Assembly: GCA_951828385.1 (NCBI GenBank)
Contig: OX639973.1
Location: forward strand, 1,728,470 to 1,792,469
Length of the DNA: 64,000 bases
Reading direction: 5' to 3'
DNA from: an uncultured Poribacteria bacterium
GTDB lineage: Bacteria; Poribacteria; WGA-4E; WGA-3G
The notes beneath the pieces are model-generated. The model did no database searches and had not been told where the DNA came from. It was given only the letters and a program-made list of their open reading frames with translations. Below, piece after piece: positions 10,088 to 19,953 of the stretch. Position 1 is the stretch's first letter; each line of letters opens with the position of its first letter. The translations under genes were made by a program, and so were the position numbers.

Positions 10088-10319
10088 GCGGTGGGAACTT
10101 TTGACATAATCTCCGTAGCTGGTCCCTGGTTGGACAGTAGCCGAATGACTCGTCGCCGCCTAAACAAAGATTCCCGGCTTTTCTGTCGATTAGGATCCGG
10201 CAAATTTGATATAATGACGCTCCACATCTCAGCAACACCTACGTGATGATGTCGGTGCGCGTTTGACATCACAAATTTGAAACCGCTCCTACCAAGGAAG
10301 TGTGTAAGTCTCAATCTTT

Positions 10320-10442
10320 TATAGTGAATCCTAAAAATAAATAGACATCGTAGCACAAACTTCCAGTTTGTGCCAGTCTGAATGCCTATTATAGGTATTC
10401 AGACTGTTTGAGAGTGCCCAATTAATTCTAAACTTTACTATA
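10320..10442 (+). repeat. REP-like palindromic element (single full copy)
   Basis: Near-identical to the 8332..8456 unit, including both hairpins and the tatagtg/actata termini. Confidence 0.8.
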
Positions 10443-10458
10443 AGAAGGAAATTTTCTG

Positions 10459-12267
10459 ATGAAAACGCAAGTTTTAATTTCAAAAAGTTTTGTGTTACTG
10501 CTTATAGGTGTTTTTGTAAGTTTCGGCATACAAGGTATGAGTTACGGTGCCCCTGGCGGGGTCTGTGAAGTCGGTGATGTGCTTTCGCCGGGACAGAGTT
10601 GTACCTACCCCGGCACCGGGACCGAGTTCACGGTTCTTGATGACGGAACTGGACAGTTCCTGTTCGCTACCGCCGATGTTGCATTGAATCTCAGAGACAC
10701 GCTTGTCAATGGCAAGCCTTATACCTTCGCTGCCAGCAAACGCGAGGGGAACTGGGTCATCGAGGAACTCGGAGGTATTGTTGACCTTCAAGCACCGCCA
10801 ATATTCTGGACCGACCGGGGCACGGATAAAATCCAGCGTATGAACCTGGATGGCACCAGTGTTGAAGACCTCATCACCATCGACATAGGTATCTTAGGTG
10901 GCATCGCCTTAGACGTGGCAGGTGGCAAGATGTACTGGGCAAACTGGGGGTTCCCAAGCGGAATCCAGTGTGCCAACCTTGATGGCTCAAATGTACAAAC
11001 CCTCGTCAATACCGATGATGATCCCGCGGACATCGCTTTAGATGTCGCCGAGGGTAAGGTGTACTGGACGGTAGGACCTATCGCGGAGGATGGCCAGGGT
11101 AAAATTCAGCGCGCCAACCTTGATGGCACTAACGTCGAAACCCTCGTATCCGGATTAATCAAGAACCCAGATTACATCACCTTGGATGTCACTGAACGTA
11201 AAATGTACTGGTCAATGGCAGGGTACGCCGAGGGTACCAATGAGAGTAAAATCCAGCGTGCGAACTTAGATGGCACCAATGTTGAAAATGTTATTCCGTC
11301 GTTAGAATTCGGACTTCCAGGGGGAGTCGCCTTAGCCGTGGGCGATGGCAAGATATACTGGACAAATTGGGGGACCCCAGAGGGAATCCAGTGTGCCAAC
11401 CTTGACGGTTCAAATCCCCAAACCCTCGTCAACACCGATGATCATCCCTGGGGCATCGCTTTGGATGCAGCCGGCGGTAAAGTGTACTGGACGCTAGGGC
11501 CTATCTCGGTGGATGGCCACGGTAAAATTCAGCGCGCCAACCTTGACGGAACCAACGTCGAAACCCTCGTCTGGGGATTGGATTCACCAAGATACATCGC
11601 CCTTGCTATCCCATCTCTACAAACCCCTGAGGGCACTGGGACTGGGCAGATCGTCCGTGCGGATGTCAATGGTGATGGTATGGTAAACATCCAGGATTTG
11701 GTAATCGTTGCTACAAATCTTGACAAACAGGGCGAGAATGCCGCGGATGTCAACACCGATGGCATCGTGAACATTCAAGACTTAGTGTTGGTTGCTGCTG
11801 CCCTTGGTCAAGACGACGCAGCCGCACCGTCTTGGCATACGGACTTTTTCGGAGGGATCTCCACCGCAGATGTGCAAGGTTGGTTATCCGAGGCACAGCA
11901 AATGAACGGGACAGACCCAAGGACCCGAAGAGGTGTGCTGTTCTTAGAGCAACTCCTCGCCGCGTTGCTCCCGCAAGAAACGACGCTCTTGGCGAACTAT
12001 CCGAACCCCTTCAATCCAGAAACGTGGATCCCCTATCAGTTGGCGAAACCGGCGGATGTGAATGTCTCCATCTATGCTACCGATGGCGCATTGGTTCGGA
12101 CGTTGGCACTTGGACATCAAGCAACAGGTGTGTATCAAAGTCGTGGGCGTGCAGCCTATTGGGATGGTAGAAACGCACTCGGGGAACCCGTCGCGAGTGG
12201 TGTCTATTTCTATACGCTTACAGCAGGCGAGTTCATCGCGACGCGACGGATGCTCGTTTTGAAGTAA
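10459..12267 (+). CDS. Secreted YWTD (LDL-receptor class B) beta-propeller protein with dockerin-like repeats and a T9SS C-terminal sorting domain
   Basis: Signal peptide. Repeated KMYWAN/KVYWTV/KIYWTN blades with IQRANLDGTNVETLV linkers. DVNGDGMVNIQDLVIVATNL and DVNTDGIVNIQDLVLVAAAL are dockerin-type Ca-binding repeats. The last ~90 aa (NYPNPFNPETWIPYQL...VYFYTLTAGEFIATRRMLVLK) match the Por_Secre_tail (T9SS CTD) pattern. Confidence 0.8.
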   Translation: MKTQVLISKSFVLLLIGVFVSFGIQGMSYGAPGGVCEVGDVLSPGQSCTYPGTGTEFTVLDDGTGQFLFATADVALNLRDTLVNGKPYTFAASKREGNWVIEELGGIVDLQAPPIFWTDRGTDKIQRMNLDGTSVEDLITIDIGILGGIALDVAGGKMYWANWGFPSGIQCANLDGSNVQTLVNTDDDPADIALDVAEGKVYWTVGPIAEDGQGKIQRANLDGTNVETLVSGLIKNPDYITLDVTERKMYWSMAGYAEGTNESKIQRANLDGTNVENVIPSLEFGLPGGVALAVGDGKIYWTNWGTPEGIQCANLDGSNPQTLVNTDDHPWGIALDAAGGKVYWTLGPISVDGHGKIQRANLDGTNVETLVWGLDSPRYIALAIPSLQTPEGTGTGQIVRADVNGDGMVNIQDLVIVATNLDKQGENAADVNTDGIVNIQDLVLVAAALGQDDAAAPSWHTDFFGGISTADVQGWLSEAQQMNGTDPRTRRGVLFLEQLLAALLPQETTLLANYPNPFNPETWIPYQLAKPADVNVSIYATDGALVRTLALGHQATGVYQSRGRAAYWDGRNALGEPVASGVYFYTLTAGEFIATRRMLVLK

Positions 12268-12278
12268 CGTCCTTTCTG

Positions 12279-12304
12279 TTGGCGAGGTTTCGGAATCTCG
12301 CCAA
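12279..12304 (+). terminator. Hairpin downstream of 10459..12267
   Basis: Stem ttggcgag / ctcgccaa with a 10-nt loop. No U-run, so intrinsic-terminator status is uncertain. Confidence 0.35.
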
Positions 12305-12343
12305 CCGCCCATATCAACACATAAAATATCGCTTTGTTAAGTT

Positions 12344-12817
12344 TCATCTGATGAAAGTCGTCGTTTCGCCACTATAGGCATCTTTAATCCGTTGCGCGTG
12401 GTTCAAAAGCATGTCCAATTTTTGTATCTCTTGATAAGAAAAATATCCGTATTCGGTTGTTTCGCAACTCAGCTGGAGTTCACCACCCACGATTTCCGCT
12501 TCAAAGCATAAAGCCACCAACTGGATCTTGTTTCCGTCTTGGTACACAACTAACTCATGTGGGGTTGTATAAACGCCAATTAAGCGTTTGATTGCAACTT
12601 GCAAACCTGTTTCTTCGTCAACTTCCCGGATACACGCCTCGTTTGCACTTTCTCCCGGCTCCATCCCTCCACTCGGTAAACACCATTGGTTATTATCTTC
12701 GCGTCTCGTTAACAGTATTTTTTCCCGATCCTTATCAAAAATGACAGCCGAACATCCAACACGGATTGTACCATTTTGCCCAACACGATGCCCTGTAATA
12801 ATTTTAGCCATTTCCAT
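12344..12817 (-). CDS. NUDIX hydrolase
   Basis: Nudix box GGMEPGESANEACIREVDEETGL. The ORF-track start at 12928 runs into the REP element, whereas the internal ATG at 12817 (MEMAKII) lies just downstream of the REP and has GGAG upstream. Confidence 0.8.
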   Translation of the reverse strand: MEMAKIITGHRVGQNGTIRVGCSAVIFDKDREKILLTRREDNNQWCLPSGGMEPGESANEACIREVDEETGLQVAIKRLIGVYTTPHELVVYQDGNKIQLVALCFEAEIVGGELQLSCETTEYGYFSYQEIQKLDMLLNHAQRIKDAYSGETTTFIR

Positions 12818-12876
12818 CTCTCCATCTGTTATTGAAAATATGTGTTGTTCAATAAACAAGCTAAAATAACGCGAGT

Positions 12877-13017
12877 TATAGTGAATCATTCGTAGCGCAA
12901 ACTTCCAGTTTGTGCACATTCGTAGCACAAACTTTTAGTTTGGGTTTCCAGTCTGAATGCCTGTTATAGGTATTCAGACTGTTTGAGAGTGCCCAATTAA
13001 TTCTAAACTTTACTATA
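12877..13017 (+). repeat. REP-like element with duplicated first hairpin (gtagcgcaaacttccagtttgtgc + gtagcacaaacttttagtttggg) and standard second hairpin
   Basis: Read directly from sequence. Same termini as the other copies. Confidence 0.8.
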
Positions 13018-13022
13018 CCACC

Positions 13023-13086
13023 TTGTAGCATAGACTGTTAGTCTGTGCATCAGGGCGCGCAACCTAACAGGATACGCTACAAAACC
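13023..13086. repeat. Diverged REP pair in inverted orientation (REPIN-like doublet)
   Basis: ttgtagcatagactgttagtctgtgc is followed by ...gcgcaacctaacaggatacgctacaa, and the latter is the reverse complement of a related ttgtagcgtatcctgttaggttgcgc unit. Confidence 0.5.
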
Positions 13087-13158
13087 GGGCGGCGCCTCAA
13101 CGATTTTCAATGAAAAATGGACGCTATATGCCGAAAATCTTATCAGTAGCAACTTGGG

Positions 13159-14562
13159 TCAAAACAGGTCATTTGCCGCAATAAGGCAGACATGTCCGTT
13201 TTCTGCTTTCTCTTTGAGCGCATCCGTGAAACCGTTCGCAGAAAATAAGATGTATCGTGGGTGCTGCTGCCACCTATCTGGGACTTTTTCAGTATTTTCA
13301 ATGAGACGTTCTAAAACATTTTCTCCGACTGGAGCGTTCCACCATTTGCACTCCGCAAACCAGTGGCTGCCATCAATATTTTCTGTCAATATATCAATTT
13401 CAAAATCTGACCCCCAATGTGCGCCGATCTGCTTCGGAGCAATCTTTAGTTTCTCCTCCCAATAGCGTCCGATGTATTGGCGGCAAACGTCTTCAAAGAT
13501 TTCTCCCATATAATGCGATAGGTTTGGGGCGATCATCTCCTCATATACCAAATCCGCGTTTCCAGATTCGATGAGACTCCGATTCGGTAGCACAAACCGA
13601 AACCAGAACTTGACGTAGTTATCCGCGATTTTATAAAGTCCTTTTTTGCTCTTTTGAGGGGCACGGTCGGTGATGGGTGTCTCGCGTTTGACCAATCCCA
13701 GGTCTCGAAGCACGCTCAGATATTTATTCACATTCGTTGCGTCAAGTCCGACCCGTTGGGAAATCTCATTTAATCGCGTCGCACCACCAGCAATCGCCTG
13801 TAACACACTTGCGTACGTTCTCGGCTCCCTGAGTTCTGTGCGTAACAAGAAATTAACCTCATCGAATAAGTACCCTTGCGGTGTGAGCAGCTCGTTTTTG
13901 ATATGTTGTTCAACCGTTCTTTGCGGAGCGTTTGAGGCGCGCAACGCAAATTGATTGAGATACGCTGGCATACCGCCGAGGATACCATAAAAGAGCAGTT
14001 TCTCTTTCGCAGAATATTCTGGAAAGAAGTATCCACTATCGCGATAGGACAACGGCATCAAACGGAGTTGTCCAGTGCGCCGCCCATATAATGGTGAGCG
14101 TTCCGCTAATATCTCTCGCTCCATGAAACTCATCTGTGACCCACACAGAATCAAGAAGAGTTTGCTGTTTTTTCCGTGTAGATCCCAAAAGCGTTGAATT
14201 AATGAAGGAAGTGCTGTGTTATCCTCACAGAGATATTGAAATTCATCAAGCACCAAAATCAGGCGTTCTTTTTCTGACTGTTGGGCAAAATAGACGAGTG
14301 CGGCTTCCCAATCATCAAAGACAAGGTTTTGAAGTAGCGGATCATCAAATAGATGCCGAGCGGTTTCGGTAAGCTGCCGGAGATGGTCGCGTTCTTTCAA
14401 TTGGCTGGCGAGAAAGTAAATGCTCCTTTTACCCTTACAAAATTGCGTCAATAGTTCAGTTTTCCCGACCCGCCGCCTGCCGTACAACACGAAAAATTCC
14501 GCTAATTCTGATTGGAACATCTGCTCTAAAGCCGCTAATTCTTGATCCCGATCAATAAACAT
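13159..14562 (-). CDS. AAA+ ATPase of the archaeal-type ATPase / DUF234 family
   Basis: The N-terminal pattern MFIDRDQELAALEQMF...FFVLYGRRRVGKTELL is the classic Arch_ATPase Walker A context. Walker B LILVLDEFQYL. C-terminal DUF234-like region. Confidence 0.75.
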   Translation of the reverse strand: MFIDRDQELAALEQMFQSELAEFFVLYGRRRVGKTELLTQFCKGKRSIYFLASQLKERDHLRQLTETARHLFDDPLLQNLVFDDWEAALVYFAQQSEKERLILVLDEFQYLCEDNTALPSLIQRFWDLHGKNSKLFLILCGSQMSFMEREILAERSPLYGRRTGQLRLMPLSYRDSGYFFPEYSAKEKLLFYGILGGMPAYLNQFALRASNAPQRTVEQHIKNELLTPQGYLFDEVNFLLRTELREPRTYASVLQAIAGGATRLNEISQRVGLDATNVNKYLSVLRDLGLVKRETPITDRAPQKSKKGLYKIADNYVKFWFRFVLPNRSLIESGNADLVYEEMIAPNLSHYMGEIFEDVCRQYIGRYWEEKLKIAPKQIGAHWGSDFEIDILTENIDGSHWFAECKWWNAPVGENVLERLIENTEKVPDRWQQHPRYILFSANGFTDALKEKAENGHVCLIAANDLF

Positions 14563-14586
14563 GAATTTTCTCCCTAAATGCGGTGC

Positions 14587-14640
14587 AAAGTATTATACGC
14601 TAAAGTATTATACGCTAAAGTATTATACGCTAAAGTATAA
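14587..14640. repeat. 3.6 tandem copies of a 15-bp direct repeat aaagtattatacgct (reverse complement carries TATAAT) immediately upstream of the ATPase gene
   Basis: Seen directly, about 25 bp upstream of the ATG at 14562 on the minus strand. Confidence 0.6.
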
Positions 14641-14678
14641 TTCAAATCCAGTGAATTCTGGTGAAGCTTCGATTTTCC

Positions 14679-14708
14679 TTGCACATATTTCACGTTAAAT
14701 GGTATATT
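14679..14708 (+). promoter_or_regulatory. Sigma70-like promoter inside a conserved ~60-bp element (TTGCAC, 18-bp spacer, TATATT)
   Basis: The element gattttccttgcacatatttcacgttaaatggtatattataa recurs almost identically at 19915-19960, also upstream of a large secreted-protein gene. Confidence 0.4.
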
Positions 14709-14752
14709 ATAATAACCTAAGTTGCCACCTTTGTCGCAGCATCTGTTAGATT

Positions 14753-14816
14753 ATAAAAGTGATTGTAGCTTATGCTGTGAGTCTGTGCTACCGCGTGTGC
14801 AAACTAACAGTGGACG
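14753..14816. repeat. Diverged inverted REP doublet
   Basis: ttgtagcttatgctgtgagtctgtgc followed by gcgtgtgcaaactaacagtggacgctacgaa (reverse complement = ttcgtagcgtccactgttagtttgcacacgc). Confidence 0.45.
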
Positions 14817-15338
14817 CTACGAAATCTCTGCGTGTCTAAAATATAGGGCTGTTTCAAGTTGAGGGTGTTGGCTGGGTGTCTGGCGAGGCAACCTCAAAAA
14901 AACACCCAAGCAAAAACCCGCTACGGTGAACCGATTGCGGTTGTAGTAAGGAAACCATTTCCCGTTAGAGACGTTCTATAAATCACACGCCTACGAGCCG
15001 TTAGCACTATTTATTACGATAAACGTCAGTTCGATAATAAAAATTGGATATAGATGTAGAAACCCAACACCTCAAACGCCGCCGGTGAGAGAATGCATTG
15101 GGTTTCACGCATGTTAACACTAAATGGGTATTTAGTTCGTTTGTAGAGGGATCTCCGAATCCCAGCATATCCCTGTAGGCGCGAGTGTTTTTGCTTACGT
15201 ATTTCCGTGTATTTCTGCGGATTTCCGGCGCTCGCGATTTGATAGACAAAGTGCGTAAAAAACGAAAACTAAATAACCCGAACACTACACAATTTTGGTT
15301 TCGTTTTGAAATCGAAAAACGAATATAAGGAGTTTTTC

Positions 15339-18300
15339 ATGTTGAATATAATTGGGAATAGAAAAATCATTGTATCCATTCTAACGATGATGTTCCTGAT
15401 AGTTGGCGTGCAGGGCATTAGTTATGCCCAAGCACCTGACTTAAGGGTTAGTCTAGAAGATGTTAATCCAACCTCCGTAGCTCCTGGTGGAAATATCACG
15501 CTCACAGCTACTGTCAGAAACCACGGTGGTGCACCATCTGTGTCTACGTTTTTGGACTATTATCAAGGTGTCGGTCCCACACCGGCTACAACCGGTTCAC
15601 TTATTCGTTCAGTGTCCGTTAAAGCACTCGATGCCAGTAATCCAAGCACCAGTGATGAAGACAAGATCAGCATTTCTGAGGCTGCACCGACCGGAACAGG
15701 GACATACTATTATTACGCCCGGGTAAGATCTAGTAATAATTCATCAAGGGTTGTCCGTCTCGAAGTTACGAATGTACAGCCGAACTTAACCGTAAGCCTT
15801 CTCTACTCTCAAGGTTCCTACAACTCGGTAGTCCCTGGTGGAACTTTCACACTTGTTGCCACGGTCGAAAACATAGGTAATGGGCCATCTGATCCTACAA
15901 ACTTGACATATTCTTATCGCGCCGCCACCACCACGCAAACTTGGACAAACGAATTTCCTATTAGTGGTGTCACAATTCCGTCCCTCAGCGTCAATGAATC
16001 AATCCAGCGTTCTGTAACACTGCCTGCGCCGTCTATCTCGGCCCCCTACTTCCCGGGTGCCTACTATTACCGTGTTCGGGTAACCCCTGTCAATAACGAG
16101 AGTGATGCGCCTGGTTATTCCAATAATCATTCTGCTTCTGTATATATCACAACTGCCTCAGGGGATTTAGTTGTTGACACCCCGACAGTTGACAAATCTA
16201 CCTTAGCCCCCGGTGAAAGTTTCACGCTCACGGCTACCGTCAGGAACAATGGTATCGGTAACTCCGGTGCTGCAACATTGCGGTATTATCGTTCTACGGA
16301 TGCTACCATTTCTCCTGATTCAACCACTGGTACAGCCGATACGGAAGTCGGAACAGCAGATACGATTAGTGCCCTCTCTGGTTATAATACCGTTAATCAG
16401 ATTTACCCCAACACTAGCACGCAGACCGTTGAGCTGACTGCCCCGACTACAGCGGGTACCTATTATTATGGTGCCTGCGTAAGCACCAGCTACTATGAGA
16501 CCAGGAGCGATAATAACTGCTCCGCTGCCGTAACCATTACTGTATCGGCACCCCCGGATTTAGTTGCTGAGCTTTTTGAGCTCAGAGGGACGGCTACCTT
16601 AGCCCCCGGTGAACGGTTCACGCTTGATGCCACTGTCACAAACGAAGGCGAAGGGCAATCTGCTGCTACCACCTTACGGTTTTATGAATCCATCGATCGC
16701 AGGTTTAGAAGTGAGGACGAGGTCGGTCGGGTTTCGGTGAGCGCACTCGCCAAAGATGGTACCAGTAATGAGGGCATCAGACTGGTCGCTCCGTCTGAGC
16801 CCGGCATTTATTATTACCGTGTGCATGTAGACGAAGTTGCAAATGAAGAATCTACCTCTAATAACTGGTCGGGGTACATAGAGGTCTTTGTAGAGGCACC
16901 ACTGGTCATTGAATCCGTGCAGCCGAGCAAGTTTGCCTTAAGTCCCCGTGAACGTTTCACGCTCACTGCCACCATCAAAAACGACGGAGATACGGTATCT
17001 GCCAGGACAGTGGTAGAGTATTATCTTTCTGATGATGATAGTCTTACCACAAGAGATACCTCTATCGGCACAGATACTGTGAGTGCGATCGCCGCGGGAC
17101 GGACAACCGAAGTTAGCCGCTCGCTGACTGCCCCGAATGCAGCGGGTACCTACTATTACGGTGTCTGCGTAGGCGATGGCATCAGCAGTGATGCGTGTGA
17201 GGTTATTGAAATCACTGTCGTAGCGGTCTTAATCCGTGAATCCCAACGTCCACCGATGTATTGGGTGGATGCGGATGTCGGCACACTCCAAAGTTTGACG
17301 GGCTCGAGCGTGGATCGCCTTGTGCCAAATGTCCAGAACGCAACCAGCGTGGTGGTGGATATGGCGGGCGATAAGGTCTACTGGGCAGAGCAAACGGGCA
17401 ATAACAGCGGTAGAATCCGCCGTGCGAACCTCAATGGTTCAAACGTCCAGTTGGTTCGGGAACTAACAAGCGTCCCCCAAGGGCTTGCACTTGATACCGC
17501 AAATGGCACGTTGTATCTGACCAACTCTCGCGGCAAAGTGCAGCGGATGAATCTCAACGGGTCGGATTTTGAAGCCGACCTCATCGTTAACTTGCAATCT
17601 CCGCGAGGGATCGCCGTAGATCCTGCCGGTGGTAAAGTCTATTGGACAGAGCAGACAGGCGATAACAGCGGTAGAATCCGCCGTGCGAACCTCAATGGTT
17701 CAAATATTCAGTCGGTTCGCGAGGTAAGAAGCGTCCTCCAAGGGCTCGCGCTTGATGCCGCAAATGGAAAGTTGTATCTGACCAACTCTCGAGGCAAAGT
17801 ACAGCAGATGAATCTTAATGGTTCAGGTTTCCAACCGAATCTTATCGTCGACTTGGATTCTCCGCGAGGGATCGCTGTGGATGTGGCGGGTGATAAGGTC
17901 TATTGGACAGAAGAAGGTAAGATCCGGCGTGCCAATCTCGATGGCAGTAACCCCCAAGATGTTGCCACAGGTTTAGGGACACCTGACGGGATTTTCCTGC
18001 AGGTTGCCCCAATTGCCGCAGTTGAAATCTTAGTCCGTGAATCCCAACGCCCACCGATGTATTGGGTGGATGCTGGCGTCGGCACACTCCAAAGTTTGAC
18101 GGGATCGAGCGTGGATGCCCTTGTGTCAAATGTCCAAAACGCAACCAGCGTGGCGCTCGATATCGCAGACGATAAGGTCTACTGGGCAGAGCAGACGGGC
18201 AATCACAGCGGCAGCGTCTGGCGCGCGAACCTCAATGGCACCAACCCCGAACTGGTGCGGGAGTTAACAACCGCACCCCGCCGGATTGCGCTTGATACCG

Positions 18301-19148
18301 CAAATGGCAAGTTGTATTTGACCAACTCTCGGGGCAAAATGCAGCAGATGAATCTCAACGGTTCAGGTTTCCAACCGAATCTCATCGTCAACTTGGATTC
18401 TCCGCAAGGCATCGCCATAGATACTGCGGGTGGTAAAGTCTATTGGACAGAACAGACGGGCAATCACAGCGGCAGCATCCAGCGTGCCAATCTCGATGGT
18501 TCAAACGCCCAGTCGGTTCGGGAACTAATAAGTGCCCCCCAAGGGCTTGCGCTTGATACCGCAAACGGCAAGTTGTATCTGACCAACTCTCGGGGCAAAG
18601 TGCAGCAGATGAATCTCAACGGTTCAGGTTTCCAACCGAATCTCATCGTCAACTTGAATGCGCCGCAAGGCATCGCCATAGATCCTGCCGGTGGTAAAGT
18701 CTATTGGACAGAGGAAGGTAAGATCCGGCGTGCCAATCTCGATGGCAGTAGCCGCCAAGATGTTGCCACAGGTATAGGGACACCCATCAGCATCGCTTTG
18801 GACGCTGCCCCTGTGAGTGCGCCGTCCGCACCCGCGGCGGCTCCTGCAGTGCCCAACACGACGGTGCTACACCCGAACTATCCGAATCCGTTCAACCCCG
18901 AGACGTGGATACCGTATCAGTTGCAAAAACCTGCCGATGTCCAGATCTCCATCTACAGTCAAAGTGGCGTTCTCGTCCGTGAACTCTCTCTTGGGTATCA
19001 ACGCGCAGGTCAGTACATGTCGCGCAGTCGTGCCGCGTACTGGGATGGCCGCAATCAATTAGGTGAGCCGGTCGCGAGTGGTCTTTACTTTTACACGCTC
19101 ACCGCGGGCGATTTCTCCGCAACGCGGCGGATGCTCATCTTGAAGTAG
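15339..19148 (+). CDS. Very large secreted adhesin-like protein with N-terminal tandem CARDB-like Ig-fold domains, YWTD beta-propeller blocks and a T9SS C-terminal sorting domain
   Basis: The ATG at 15339 has an AAGGAG SD 6 nt upstream and gives the signal peptide MLNIIGNRKIIVSILTMMFLIVGVQGISYAQA. About 8 repeats of the form PDL.V....V.P..LAPGE.FTLTATV.N.G (CARDB). Repeated KVYWAEQTGN..G.I.RANLNGSN / KLYLTNSRGKVQQMNLNGSGF blades. The C-terminal 90 aa are ~75% identical to the CTD of 10459..12267. Confidence 0.8.
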   Translation: MLNIIGNRKIIVSILTMMFLIVGVQGISYAQAPDLRVSLEDVNPTSVAPGGNITLTATVRNHGGAPSVSTFLDYYQGVGPTPATTGSLIRSVSVKALDASNPSTSDEDKISISEAAPTGTGTYYYYARVRSSNNSSRVVRLEVTNVQPNLTVSLLYSQGSYNSVVPGGTFTLVATVENIGNGPSDPTNLTYSYRAATTTQTWTNEFPISGVTIPSLSVNESIQRSVTLPAPSISAPYFPGAYYYRVRVTPVNNESDAPGYSNNHSASVYITTASGDLVVDTPTVDKSTLAPGESFTLTATVRNNGIGNSGAATLRYYRSTDATISPDSTTGTADTEVGTADTISALSGYNTVNQIYPNTSTQTVELTAPTTAGTYYYGACVSTSYYETRSDNNCSAAVTITVSAPPDLVAELFELRGTATLAPGERFTLDATVTNEGEGQSAATTLRFYESIDRRFRSEDEVGRVSVSALAKDGTSNEGIRLVAPSEPGIYYYRVHVDEVANEESTSNNWSGYIEVFVEAPLVIESVQPSKFALSPRERFTLTATIKNDGDTVSARTVVEYYLSDDDSLTTRDTSIGTDTVSAIAAGRTTEVSRSLTAPNAAGTYYYGVCVGDGISSDACEVIEITVVAVLIRESQRPPMYWVDADVGTLQSLTGSSVDRLVPNVQNATSVVVDMAGDKVYWAEQTGNNSGRIRRANLNGSNVQLVRELTSVPQGLALDTANGTLYLTNSRGKVQRMNLNGSDFEADLIVNLQSPRGIAVDPAGGKVYWTEQTGDNSGRIRRANLNGSNIQSVREVRSVLQGLALDAANGKLYLTNSRGKVQQMNLNGSGFQPNLIVDLDSPRGIAVDVAGDKVYWTEEGKIRRANLDGSNPQDVATGLGTPDGIFLQVAPIAAVEILVRESQRPPMYWVDAGVGTLQSLTGSSVDALVSNVQNATSVALDIADDKVYWAEQTGNHSGSVWRANLNGTNPELVRELTTAPRRIALDTANGKLYLTNSRGKMQQMNLNGSGFQPNLIVNLDSPQGIAIDTAGGKVYWTEQTGNHSGSIQRANLDGSNAQSVRELISAPQGLALDTANGKLYLTNSRGKVQQMNLNGSGFQPNLIVNLNAPQGIAIDPAGGKVYWTEEGKIRRANLDGSSRQDVATGIGTPISIALDAAPVSAPSAPAAAPAVPNTTVLHPNYPNPFNPETWIPYQLQKPADVQISIYSQSGVLVRELSLGYQRAGQYMSRSRAAYWDGRNQLGEPVASGLYFYTLTAGDFSATRRMLILK

Positions 19149-19188
19149 CATGGGCTGTTGATAAATACGGCACAACATCGAAAAAATA

Positions 19189-19217
19189 GGGAGGCGCGCT
19201 CCGGAAGCGTGCCTCCC
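19189..19217 (+). terminator. Hairpin terminator after 15339..19148
   Basis: gggaggcgcgc tccggaa gcgtgcctccc stem-loop 40 bp after the stop. Confidence 0.45.
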
Positions 19218-19310
19218 TATGCTTTCCGAGAGACGCATACGATACCCTCTCACACCTCAACCCCTTCCACCACTCGCAAGGGGATGCTATCCTCTAAAAC
19301 AACCCGCAGA

Positions 19311-19880
19311 AACATTCGTAGCATTTCGCTACAAAGACGTCCAGCTTTGTAGCATAAACTTTTAGTTTGTGCTTTGTAGTATAAACTTCCAGTTTGTGCA
19401 TCTTTGTAGCATAAACTTTTAGTTTGTGCATCTTTGTAGCATAAACTTTTAGTTTGTGCATCTTTGTAGCATAAACTTTTAGTTTGTGCATCTTTGTAGC
19501 ATAAACTTTTAGTTTGTGCATCTTTGTAGCATAAACTTTTAGTTTGTGCATCTTTGTAGCATAAACTTCCAGTTTGTGCATCTTTGTAGCATAAACTTTT
19601 AGTTTGTGCATCTTTGTAGCATAAACTTTTAGTTTGTGCATCTTTGTAGCATAAACTTTTAGTTTGTGCATCTTTGTAGCATAAACTTCCAGTTTGTGCA
19701 TCTTTGTAGCATAAACTTTTAGTTTGTGCATCTTTGTAGCATAAACTTCCAGTTTGTGCATCTTTGTAGCATAAACTTCCAGTTTGTGCTTTGTAGCATA
19801 AACTTTTAGTTTCGGTTTCCAGTCTGAATGCCTGTTATAGGTATTCAGACTGTTTGAGAGTGCCCAATTAACTATAGGTT
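19311..19880 (+). repeat. Tandem array of ~16 copies of a 30-bp REP head unit (tctttgtagcataaactt[tt/cc]agtttgtgca), terminated by the standard second-hairpin REP tail
   Basis: Seen directly. Units alternate cc/tt at two positions. No unique spacers are present. Confidence 0.85.
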
Positions 19881-19923
19881 TTCCTATAAAATTGAATGGC
19901 TCTGAACTATTCCTCGATTTTCC

Positions 19924-19953
19924 TTGCACATATTTCACTTTAAATGATATATT
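19924..19953 (+). promoter_or_regulatory. Second copy of the conserved promoter-bearing element (TTGCAC, 18-bp spacer, TATATT), ~200 bp upstream of 20153
   Basis: Near-identical to 14679..14708 and followed by the shared leader motif tgtttttgcttgggtatttctgcg. Confidence 0.4.

Noticed and set aside
19311-19815. Possible CRISPR array (regular 30-bp repeats)
   Set aside because: The units are contiguous with no intervening unique spacers, and they match the REP head sequence found dispersed across the contig. No cas genes are nearby. It is a tandem REP array.
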